Origin: Dicyema japonicum
Lineage: Eukaryota > Animalia > Dicyemida
DNA length: 64,000 nucleotides
NCBI GenBank assembly: GCA_011109175.1
Contig: RDEW01000028.1
Span: forward strand, 124,001-188,000
Reading direction: 5' to 3'
Under the pieces are notes generated by a model that was not told the DNA's origin, ran no database searches, and worked only from the letters and a program-made list of their open reading frames with translations. Positions 38,178-51,000 of this stretch are shown here, one piece after another. The position numbers and the translations under genes were made by a program. Each line of letters starts with the position of its first letter. Positions within the stretch are counted from its first letter, which is position 1.

Positions 38178-39587
38178 ATGCAAAGAGTACAAGTACAATT
38201 AATTATAAATTATAAAGGATGAGTCCTCACCAACTTTACAACAAACTCTCGCGGGTCATAGAGATACAGTCACCTCTGTTGCCTTCAATATTAATGGAAA
38301 ACAAATTGGTCTATCAATTCGTTATTCAAGCTTCATCATCGCTGGATTCTTCTGTAATGTTGTGGAAAATTTCACCGAGGTTGCATGTGACAAGACTTAC
38401 GGGACATAAGGATTCAACCACGTGTGTAACCTTTTCTCCCTCTGGAAGTCTGTTAGCATCCTCTTCTAAGGATAAGACAGTCCGTCTTTGGATACCATCA
38501 GCGTTAATTAGTGAGTTTAGTTTAAGGAAAAACGAAAGTACAAGTTTCGTGTGCCACACTGCTGCTGTGAGACACGTGGAATTCAGCCATGATGAACTCA
38601 ACTTTATCACCTGTTCTGATGACAAATCAATCAAGGTAAGGATTATCATAAAAGAAGATCTGGAGCACTCACAGACAGAAATTCCAGTCATCTTATAATC
38701 AGCACTCCAACTGGGTTCGTTCGGCTGTGTAAGTGGTTCATTAATAGGACAGATTTTCTCCAGATAGTAGGAGTTTCGTATCCGTGAGTGATGACAAGAC
38801 AATCCGCCTGTGGGACAGAACTATTAAAGAAGCTGTACAGATATTCAAACTCGATGGTTCCGTTGGAACAAGCATAAAATTTCACCCAGGGGGATATTTC
38901 GTTGGGGGTGGAATCGACAATGGGTCTGTGAAGATTTGGGATATCAGGAATTACAAATTGATACAAAACTACGCGGGTAAATATAATTATATACAAGAGT
39001 TCATTCTTCCCCCGTAAATGATATCTCCTTCCACCCCTCTGGAAACTTTATGATAACTGCCTCTGCTGATGGAACCGCAAAAATTCTCGATTTAATTGAA
39101 GGAAGACTTTTCTACACAATACACGGACATAAAGTTTATATTAGACTCATTCAAGGATTCAGTAACTAGTGCTACGTTTTCCTACGACGGGGATCATTTT
39201 GCAACGGGGGGTGCAGATGAACAGCTCTTTTTATGGAAAACAAACTTTGGGGAGGCGATTGTTAAAGCGAAAGAAAGAGAAACGGAAAGTAGCATGAAGA
39301 AATATGAGGACAATAATGAGAGTTTAGAAACGAGTATCAAGACATTTGAGGATAACAACTTTGATTCCAAGACTGCCATACCCAATTACTCCAACGTGGA
39401 CAATGACTTAAAATCATTTGCAACGAATGTGAACGAAGCTTTGAATAAAATAGTAGGACAGTTGGATATGCTCACACAGGTAACTGATTGTGTAATATAG
39501 TAGACTGTGAATGTGATTGAGCATAGACTAAGCAACACGGAGGATAGGTTGCATCAACATATCATTGAGAATAAAAGATTAGTTTAG
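38178..39587 (+). CDS. POC1: Centriolar WD40 protein POC1
   Basis: After removing eight 22-25-nt introns: [42 protein letters not shown] and the C-terminal Poc1 coiled coil [29 protein letters not shown]. Confidence 0.95.
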
Positions 39588-40573
39588 TGATTACAGTCAT
39601 TTACAATATCAATTTGATAGGCCTATTATATGACATCACTTACCTTATAAGTTTACAAAGATATCATTCAATTAACAGGGATCCCAAACATGAAGAAATC
39701 TCTTCAATAAGGGAAATAGATAGGGCTAGTTTTCTGTCAGAGTTATCCGTAGTTAATCTGAAAGGGGTAACGGGTGGAAGGAATAAAGTATCTGATTGTG
39801 TAATTTCAATCTCAAAAATAAGGTGGATGATGAATAAGGGAATATTAAATTACATAAAAAGATAATAATATATACTTGGAAAATATTTTCGATAATTATT
39901 ATACACCCTAAATAGTAAAGGTAATGAATTTTGGTTTCTTTCGCACAAGTAATCTAACTTCCGCAAAACATGGGGCTTTTTCAGTAACCTTGGATATACC
40001 TGAAAAAGGTTCTATCCTGGTCTCCCTTTAAAAATGAGTAGTATCCGAGTATTTCGGGAACCCCTCTACGGACGTAGAAAAGAGAGGTATCCTTTTTGGA
40101 TGCTAAGACACCTCTAGAAATTGAAAAGGCAAAAGGCAGAAAGGAAATCCTTCGACCAAGTAGGTAGTAGCTACCTGGGGATTTTAAAAACAGAGTTCAA
40201 TAAAGTTTACAATTGATTCAATATTTTATTTTGTCGCTGGAACTTTTATATCCTTAACCTACTCTTTCGTGAATAATAATACACGCAATACTCACTATGT
40301 GAGATTATAATATAGATAATTTCGCATCAAAAATAAATTATAATTGATTTTCAACAAAAATTTAATAATAGATAAAATATCTGAGGCACATAATAAAAAT
40401 ATAGGAAAATGAATTGTGATCGTTTAATGCAAAAATTATAATCCCCAAAGAATTCCACTACGATTAATGATTGTGGCTGATAATCTATAAATTATAAATA
40501 TAATTTATATTTATAAAAAATAAATTAAATTTAAATAAATTAATCATTTAACATTGTTTTATTGTGTTAAATT

Positions 40574-41348
<775 letters not shown>

Positions 41349-42089
41349 GTGACCTAGTTCTTTTTGGTTTAATATATATGGATTATTGTTTTAATTTACT
41401 CTTTAAATCCTATTAATATAATCTTAATTTGTGGCATACTTTTGTGGTCTGTGTTGAAGACCACCACCACTACAATAAATATTAGTCCTTACTAGACTTA
41501 ATGGAAATAACCAATAAATGCTTTAAATGGAGATTATATTATCTCCTAATTTATACAAAAACTAGTGTTTCCAACTGACCTTGATTGGCCATTATTACTA
41601 CAAGGAAACCATTCAAACATCTTTTAACCAGTTAAAGAGATTGATTCCTTGACGACCACAAGACCGGCTGCTTCTCTCATACTGGTTGACCTTAATTTTC
41701 CTTGCCACGTCAGATTATTTGCTTTTGGTTGTGCTTTTCCATTAGCCTTCAGCCTCCTACAATTAAATTTTTTATTTTATCGAACCAAAAAACACCGTCA
41801 TACCAGAATGAACAAAAATCAGGCCTCCCTCAGCAGTCTTTGCATGTTCGGACTTGAAGGAAGTGCCGTCCAGGGGGTACTCCTCTGGATGATTGTTGAC
41901 TAATGGTTCTTTTTGGATATAATATAAGATTATATCTGACCCACCAGAGATGGTGAACTACATGACGCAGGCTAACACTATGAAATTCGAGAGCCGAAAG
42001 TAAGTAATTAAGGTACACAGAGCTCATATTCAGTTTTTATTAGTATTACTAATTTGGCAAAAATATTACTAGTCTGTGATTAGATTACA

Positions 42090-43035
42090 AAATATGTATT
42101 CAAAATATACGCTAGGACAGCACTTCCCGATTCGGGATGCGAGAAATGATTTAAAAAGTCATGATTACTTGTACATATATGCAAATGATCTTCAAAGATG
42201 GCTGTCAAGAGGTCGTGTTTTGACAAGATTTTTTATTATCAGACTTGAAATCGAACAATTTTTATTTAAAAACTCTGAACTACTTGATTGTTTCAAATAT
42301 GGCTGTCAAGAGGTCGTGTTTTGACAAGATTTTTTATTATCAGACTTGAAATCGAACAATTTTTATTTAAAAACTCTGAACTACTTGATTGTTTCAAATC
42401 TTCAAATTTTGTTATTTGTTGGCATATTTGGCTGACATTTTCAATCATCTTAACCAGTTGAGTCTTTCAAGGAAAAGGGATGAGCATTATTAATGCTTCT
42501 GACAATCTACGTTCCCTCAGGAATAAACTGTTGTTGTGGACTCGACGTATTCAAGACAATAATTTTACATTCCAAGTGGATGAAATCGCTATTGAATTCA
42601 ACTGGACTTTTGATAAAATTATTAAAACAGAAATCAACAATCATTTTGAAGGCTTAAAACTTTTATTTTATGAATATTTTTCAATTGGAAACATTAAAGA
42701 TTCTGATAACTCATTCGCTTTCAAAATAGAAAAGATGGGCGATAGAGATGAGAATAAAGACAATTTGATTGAAATGAAAGCAACGTTTTGAAGAATTAAT
42801 TAAAACTAAAAGGCAGGAAAGTCTCAAAGAACCTAATTTTTGGAATAAAAATCGAATTCGAAATGAAAGCAACGTTTTGAAGAATTAATTAAAACTAAAA
42901 GGCAGGAAAGTCTCAAAGAACCTAATTTTTGGAATAAAAATCGAATTCTGTTAGATTTAAAATCGTGAGTGTGAGATTGGTTTTTTATTTTTTGGGGGGT
43001 GTGATTTCAAAACGAATCGGGAAGCGATGCACTAG
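42090..43035 (+). mobile_element. hAT (Buster/Charlie, ZBED5/8-like) transposase remnant
   Basis: RWLSRGRVLTRF, CLAYLADIFNHLNQLSL and LRNKLLLW motifs; two local duplications. Confidence 0.75.
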
Positions 43036-43343
43036 AACCATGTGATGCTTATCTGACAGAATTTGCTATGCGATTGTTTTCTTAGTCATTAACATTTTTA
43101 CGTATATTCTACTATTAATTGGTAGATACATCTGCTACATTCGACTAATATATAGGGGCATTTATTAACACAGAATACACTGAGAGAAAAGTGAAAGTAA
43201 ACAACTAATTAAGTGTACCCGCCTGGTGGCGTCATGTGGCGCTTCGTGGCTAATTGGTTGAAGTTTCTGTTTTTCCTCTGTTCCTCCTCTCTCTTCTTAT
43301 TAGAGTGGCGTCATGTGATCCACCTGTTTAGGTGACGCCTAAT

Positions 43344-43820
43344 NNNNNNNNNNNNNNNNNNNNNNNNNNNNNNNNNNNNNNNNNNNNNNNNNNNNNNNNN
43401 NNNNNNNNNNNNNNNNNNNNNNNNNNNNNNNNNNNNNNNNNNNNNNNNNNNNNNNNNNNNNNNNNNNNNNNNNNNNNNNNNNNNNNNNNNNNNNNNNNNN
43501 NNNNNNNNNNNNNNNNNNNNNNNNNNNNNNNNNNNNNNNNNNNNNNNNNNNNNNNNNNNNNNNNNNNNNNNNNNNNNNNNNNNNNNNNNNNNNNNNNNNN
43601 NNNNNNNNNNNNNNNNNNNNNNNNNNNNNNNNNNNNNNNNNNNNNNNNNNNNNNNNNNNNNNNNNNNNNNNNNNNNNNNNNNNNNNNNNNNNNNNNNNNN
43701 NNNNNNNNNNNNNNNNNNNNNNNNNNNNNNNNNNNNNNNNNNNNNNNNNNNNNNNNNNNNNNNNNNNNNNNNNNNNNNNNNNNNNNNNNNNNNNNNNNNN
43801 NNNNNNNNNNNNNNNNNNNN
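43344..43820. other. Assembly gap (N run)
   Basis: Continuous Ns. Confidence 1.
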
Positions 43821-43913
43821 GGAGGTCCTTTTCCAAGAAGAGGTTAGGCCTCGGACGTTGAATGAGAGCAGCGAGAATTTCTCCAAAAGATAAGGTTTGT
43901 ACTTTTCAGACAT
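43821..43913 (-). mobile_element. 5' end of an RTE-like LINE ORF running into the gap
   Basis: FSLLSFNVRGLTSSWKR is homologous to LKLLTFNARSLSTTWSR at about 57150. Confidence 0.55.
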
Positions 43914-44079
43914 GTTAATACTTTATTAGAGCCACGTCACCAGCTCAACCAAAAAATTAATATTCCTTAAGAATGATTAGTTGGTAGAAGATCATCAGGA
44001 TTGTCTCAATAATTGAGATAACCTTCCACATTTAATTTTATTATTAAATTTAGTGAATTTTAAATTTATATTAAAAAAT

Positions 44080-44898
44080 ATGCTTCCTTGTGTGTTGTCA
44101 AAATGGAAGCCACGGAATATCTTTCAAATACGTAATACATCATACGGTCCTTCCAGTGATCTAATCCATAATCCCAATCGAAATCATTTAACATCAAAAG
44201 AACATCCTTTAAAAACCTGGGCTAAGCAAGCTACGGAATATCTTTCAAATACGTAATACATCATACGGTCCTTCCAGTGATCTAATCCATAATCCCAATC
44301 GAAATCATTTAACATCAAAAGAACATCCTTTAAAAACCTGGGCTAAGCCTCTTCGAGACATCATGGAGAAGGACGACCCTCCAAAGACACCCCATTTGCT
44401 ACACGCTGTGTGTAGAACCAAGAAAATAAAGGGAGTGCCTTCTATATTAAAGAAGATTCTGTTTGACCTCGACCTTTATGAGAAAGTATTCTTTAAATAA
44501 ACTATTAGATCGGGAAAGTAACTGTTCACAAAAATATCCCAGAAATTAACAGCAAACTGTTGAAGGTAAAACATTTGATCAAAGTGGTCCCTCTGACTTT
44601 TCCCGACGGTCTCCCTGTGTCTGTGGAAGAGTTGAGTCAGTGCACTATTAGAGCTGACGGCAGTTTCTCCATTTATGACTACAAAACTGAGAGTCCCTGT
44701 GAGGGGGGTGAAACACCAGAGTATGAGACCTGGCTGAGACAGCATGATGCACTAAAAAAGGACCGACGACATAAAATAGACAATTATAAAATTGGAGTTG
44801 ATTTTTTCCCCCCAGAATATGTATATAAGCACAACCAGGACAAACAGGAATACAGATATGAACGTCATAGACTTGACTATTCTAATTCTTGGAGATAG
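44080..44898 (+). CDS. MRPL30: Mitochondrial ribosomal protein uL30m
   Basis: PHLLHAVCRTK..|IGKVTVHKNIPEINSKLLKVKHLIKVVPLTFPDGLP matches MRPL30; one 23-nt intron. A 121-bp tandem duplication (44107-44348) shifts the frame and is probably an artefact. Confidence 0.87.
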
Positions 44899-45386
44899 TG
44901 TTCATTTACAGTCGGTTATTTATTGGAATAATAAACTGATTTATAATAGCTACAGCTTTTTGGTGGGTAATTCTTAATACACTCGAGGGACTCGAAAAAC
45001 ACATCCACTCAGGTCATATATATGGAATTCTGGATGGGGTCTTGATCCTCTCCTTCGATGATATCAAGGATAATGCTGGATCGGCTAGCATAAAGTCAAA
45101 TATCTCCAATTAATTTATTTGACAGGAACATTAAGTTCCCGCTGACATAATTGATGAGACTGCTTCTGAGTGTAGCCAGACAATACAAACTCTTTAAAAG
45201 ACCTCCAATTGTTTCAAACATATTCTCAATGCATAACCATTTTTGTTCATTTACATCAATGGAATAGGAGGTAGCAAATTAATTAGGCCATCATAGTTCT
45301 CATTATCGCCCTCACCATCTTCGTCATGTGCTCATCGAGAAAACCCTTCCTGGATGTCTCCATTTGATTCTACATAGGAAGTCAAT

Positions 45387-45697
45387 GCCGGGTGGCATAG
45401 CGGTTAGGTGTCGGGCTTAAGTGACTAAGGTTACTGGTTCGATTCTCGCTGCTGTTCACCTGGTGGAAGGTTCCACACATCTACGATGCTAAAAGAGTTT
45501 GACGAGTGACGCCGTCATCAGTGGATACTCAGGAACTGGATTGTCTAAAAAGAACCCACACACAAGAAAAAAGAAGTGAAGATCATTCCTTGGTTCTACG
45601 ATTAGTTAAAATTAACTGTTCTTTACTTAAATAGTGTGTGTCCTGCCTATGCGGAGCTATAAATATTATGGCTCTCGTGAAAAGGCTGTTATAAATA
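45387..45697 (+). mobile_element. tRNA-derived SINE (family 2), copy B
   Basis: A box TGGCATAGCGG, B box GGTTCGATTCT; body homologous to 7311-7630; approximate TSD AAGTCAAT/AAGTCGAT. Confidence 0.85.
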
Positions 45698-45929
45698 TAA
45701 AAAGTCGATGGAAGAAGGGTGTCTAAAGAAAGACTGTTCATTCTCAGAACGTAATACGAATGAGCATAGTAGATTTCCTGACAGAATTCCTTGATGACAC
45801 TTTCTGGATACAATTTCAGCAAAAATGAATAAGGAGTCACCAATAAAATTAGGATACAATCACGACGAGACTCAGTGACCCTCGTGAACAGCGCTTTGGA
45901 GTAGCTATCGTTCACAGCAATGTCTCTCT

Positions 45930-47900
45930 GTTTCTAATATTGATTTTTCAATGTTTTCTGCCCAATTCTATCAAATTGCCTCAATAGCTCTTACTTGGGT
46001 TAGTTCTGGAGTCATGGGTTAATCTTCTTTTCGTATTTTGGACAGGCATCCAGATATAGCTGATTTCTTTGTGAATTAATACTTTCGGTGGTCTTAAGGT
46101 TTTAAAATAATAGCTGATTTCCTCCCGTTGGTCATGAAACTTTGCAATTTTGAAATAGTCTTTGTCACATTCCGTAAGGTTCCACAGTGAAAGAAACAAC
46201 GTAACATCACGTTCGACTTCCAGCATTTAAATTTCCTGGCCTTCTCAGGAGCTGAACAGACATTGCAAGTGCTCTGAGAAAGATTGTTTGACGCGAAGGA
46301 GTTCATGGACGTTAAATCCTAGACTAGTGGCTTTCCAGCAGCAAACAGATAGATGTTCATTGGGACGTTTTCCACCTCCTCTACACACGAGAGAAAACTA
46401 AAAAAATCCCACAATGTTCCGCTTGGAATGGCGTTGAGCTAATTCCTACATTATTATTACTCCAGGATCACTGTATCAAAGAAAACGAAATGAGTTCTCA
46501 GTTAGCCATGTAATCCCATAAAACAAGGGAGAGGACATGTCCGGTGGGGTGGCGAATCCTGTACAGCTTTTCTCATCGGACATGGCTCAAACTTTTTTTA
46601 TGATTGTAGATATTTTGATAGTGTATGGAACAAAGGTAGACTAGCCGCCTTTAAGAGTTTCTGTTGTAATTCGATTAATAAAAATGTGATAGATTTTGTG
46701 TTCTGGACAAATTAACTTTATTGCAGATTGTGGATAATTTCAAGGACTAGGAGCATGAAAACGTCATCGTGGGTAGAATAAATTGTTCATAAACAAGGTT
46801 CCCATATTAGTCTAAGTGTTTTTGAGATCACTTTTAGGATTCTCATTTTCTTAAGAGAAGTCACTTTGTTCTCAACATGTCGGATAAAAGAGAATCCCTG
46901 ATCAAAGGTTCCAGAATCCTCTAAGTTTTGTTAAAATAGCCTTGTTCTTCATATGGATTTTTGGTTCGAGGGAGAGCTCTCTTTTAGAAGTGGTAAACAG
47001 CATAACAGAGGACTTTGTTGCTGATTTGTCGAGCCTCCGCTTCAGAGCCATAGTTCCAACTTGTCAAGCATTTGTTGAGATTACTATCAAAACTTCATGT
47101 TCGGGTGGATGTTCATTTCAAATATTTTTTTGAGAAGTTTCCTTGGAAATTTTTGTGATGTCCACAGATATAAGAATTGTCCTTTGATGGGGTTTGAGGA
47201 ATTTAAATCTTTCCGCAATTAATTGTGTGAGGTGTGCTGTGGTCAAGTGGTTACCCCAATTCTGTGCTGAGACAAAGGTATTTAGCCTTTCGATGATCCT
47301 TGAGACAGGACTCATAATATTGGGGGATAGGATGATGGTTCATTTATTGTTTATGTTTTCGAATAGGTTTGGAGACTTGTTTCATATTTCAGGGATTATG
47401 TTTGTGTTTATTGATAGGTTGAAGATATTGATAGTTCCAGAGCTTGATGCCCATGTGCTTCAGTTCACACGTGGTTATGTTGTCTGGTTTTCTGGTCGCT
47501 AAGTTGTTGGTCTTAGAACATCCTGACTAGTAAAGAGAATCCAGTCTTTGGAGAGTTTCTGTTGTGTTCTTTTGAAAACTCCGTGTAGGAGATAGACGAA
47601 TAATCCCTACTACTTTGAGTAGCCGTATTAGTTATAGTTCCTCCCAGACACATACTTTATTTTGAGAAAAGAACAGTTATCATAACTAATCGATGAGGGA
47701 AACCAAGGAAGCTCTTCACTTATTTTTGTTGGATGTGAGTCTTTTTATAGACGATCCGGTTCTGCAGTGAGATGTTGACTGATGACGGCGACACTCGTCA
47801 AGCCAAAACATGACAGTGGAACCTCCATTCGAAATGTTCAACAGGGAGATTCGAGCTATGGGACAGGAGGCCTTTTGGCCGGTTACACTGCAGTACCCAG
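45930..47900 (-). mobile_element. Degraded LINE RT and C-terminal region
   Basis: NIFNLSINTNIIPEIW, SPVSRIIERL, RTILISVDITK and a C-terminal CNVC cluster. Confidence 0.7.
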
Positions 47901-48023
47901 AAAAGTCTTAAACATTAAATGAATTTAAATAAATTTTAGTTCACTGTGATTTTTAAGTTTGTATGTTAATCATAATTTTAAGCCGTTTAATTATATTTGT
48001 TATAACAACAAAAAATACATCGT

Positions 48024-51000
48024 TTAGGAGAGCTCATAGGGATAGTATCTGCATGTATACGAGCCAATCTTGTTAACACAGTAATGTTGACGTGGACATT
48101 TAAACTCTCTGAGCTCACATTCATTGATGTCTAAATAATTAAGTAAGGTACCTTTGCACTCTCCACATTGGTCCATGTAAAATCCCGACAGACACTCGCA
48201 GTAGTATGACCCAGCCGTATCAACGCATTTGCTGTCCTTGGGACACTGGTTCTCAGATGTTTCGCACTCATTTATGTCTATTCAATACTACGAAAGGTAC
48301 TTTTGCACAATTTTTCAGACTTTTCGAAGCCCTCGTTGCACACACAGTCAAATCCCCCGAACGTTTCGACACATTGGGAGTTCTCGGGACAATTGTCTGT
48401 CTTTAAAGAACATTCAGGGATATCTCAAAGTCATCAAAAACCCAATAACCAACACACGTTCCATTTTCCAATTTAAAACCTTCGGGACACTTCCCTGAGC
48501 AGTTGTCACCATTTCCGACGAAACCTGTCTTGCAGTGACAACCGTGATATCCGTCTATAGTTTCACAAACAGCATCCGAGTGACACTTTGTCGAAACACA
48601 ATTTAATCTCCCATTTTTTGTGCAGTGACATTTTTCATCGCAAAGAGGGGAATAGACGGTTTCATTTGTCTGTGATTATGACTTACATTACCAGAATGTA
48701 CGAGTTCTTATAGAAGCAACCACAATCTTCAGGTTTGACGCAATCACTCCCGCTATATACATAGCCTTCCTTGCACATGCAGTCCTCGGAATCAAAGCAT
48801 ATAGGAGAATTAGGTGCACAGCTTTCTATGCATTTTCCATTAGAATATTTCCACTCCATGTTTCGGGGACATTGAACAGCTAACCAATGTTGAGGCAAGT
48901 CTACAGCATTTGGAGTACAATCCACTGTTTCTCCAAGATCCCGTTCTGTATCCAATGGAATAACAGTATTCCTCAATGACCTTTCCAAATATGCAAATGC
49001 TGGTGTTGGAATGGCACAGGTCATAAGCACATGACTTAATCAGTTCCTTTATGATATTCTCCTGCATATTACTCATGCATTGCTATATTGCTAACAAGAA
49101 TAACCTTAAATGGATCAAATGAAATTGCTTTCTGGCATATTTTAAAGTACTCCTGATTGCGAGGACATGTTTTCTTTTGCCCACATAAAACATCTTCCAA
49201 ACAATCCTTTCCCGTAATGGAGGCATCTGAGCTTGTCCACGAAAGCTCAAAGGCGTTGTGTTCCTTAAATATTTATGCTTTCATACGGCTTTGTCGCTAC
49301 ACGCATTAAAAGACCCGTGTTCAAAGTCATCAATGGGGTCATCATTTGCGTTCCCACATATCCCAGTGACATTATTGTATTTCCCAACATAAATGGAAAG
49401 AATATGGTCGGCGTCGAATTCGACGGTAAAGTCAAATTTAACGGAAATCATGACCTACTTGTGACCTCATTACTTAACCATTTTATTTTTTTGGAATAGA
49501 ATGAAGTATCCTGGGTAAATAACCGGAGAATGAACTTTCTCATAGTTTACGTAAATCTGGAAATTTCTCAGCAAATCGATCCTCTAAAAGTTACAGGTAA
49601 CACAACATCGTGGTTGTGGTATATTGTGACCCCCTGAATCCACGTGGCATTATCTGAACGCTCTATTTTTCCGTTTTCCGAGTCAATTCTGATATTGATG
49701 TAGTCTCCAATAATTTTCCACCCCTCAAGTCTGTCTTGAGACAAAATATATCGACACTTTCCTTGGAAGTGTGACCACTGGCCATCGAATAAATGTACGT
49801 GGGGATCTCCAAAGACCTTACATTCTTTAAGTTCTGCAAGTAACTAAATCGATATGTGAACTGTGGCATTGTCCTTTGTAGCCTAACCCTTTCAGCCCTT
49901 CATTGCACTGACAGTAATATTTTCCTGGGAGATTGTGACATTTGGCATTTCTGTCACAATTATGAATTTTGTCCGTGCATTCGTTTATGTCTACGAATAA
50001 CAATATATTATACCCTCGCAGGTTCCATTTACTTTTCTGTACCCTTCGTAGCATTCACACTTATAGGATCCGGGGCTATTGTCGCAAAATGAATTCTGAG
50101 GACACTTGTGACCAAAAATTCCAATTTCTTCGCACTCATTAATATCTTACAAATCATAGACACAACAGTCTACCAACACACAGTCTACCATTCCCTGTAA
50201 ATCCTCTTGCACATGAACATCTGTAACCATTCACTAGGTTTTCACAAACTGCAAATTTATCACAGTCATTGAATCCATTCTGACACTCGTCAATGTCTGT
50301 ATAAATTTAACGGTAACCGATTGGTTTATTGGAACACTGAATTGACCCAACTTTGATCTGGCTAGGGTCATCAACTGAAGTAATCGAGATGGGAATATCA
50401 GTTGGGGATCTGATAGAGAATATCCCAACATCAGAACGTGTCGCATTAACGTCAGCCATGCAATTGCACCCCCTTCAGTAAATAGGTCGATTACTTGTTC
50501 TGAAGACAAGAGCCACTGCATGCGCATTTGAAGTGCGGAAAATGTAGTTTTGGAGTCGAGTACCTTCCCATCAATTGTATTCTTAGACCCATAATTGAAT
50601 TCTTTATCCATTAATGTACAAAGTAAACCACATTCGTGCACGTGTATTTGATAGGCAGAAAGCAGTAGCTGTACATTTTGACCAAATTCCTGATTTGGTT
50701 GTGGTCAACGTTAACGTATTTTATGTTAACTTTGGTGTTTGTTACCGTCAAATATGTGGATATTTGAGTAATACCAATTCCTGCTAATAAAATCAGTGGT
50801 GACCCTTAATATTTCTGCAGTACACGTAAAATGGCTTCACATAATAAGAAGGTTGAATGAGTAGTTCCGTGTCATAGGGTAAACTTGATGTCCCCAATTC
50901 GCAGTTTTTTGGAATACCTACCTCAATGAAACCTCTACCAGTTATTTTATCAGCACAGTGGATGTCCCCCACTTTTACATTGCTATTATTAAAGCTGACA

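Noticed and set aside
39600-39900. Minus-strand GTAAGT..TAG 21-nt intron-like sequence convergent with POC1
   Set aside because: Flanking frames contain stops and no recognisable protein.
45000-45915. SINE-interrupted minus-strand ORF with a faint GAP-domain-like pattern
   Set aside because: Similarity too weak; it may be a decayed host gene but cannot be supported.
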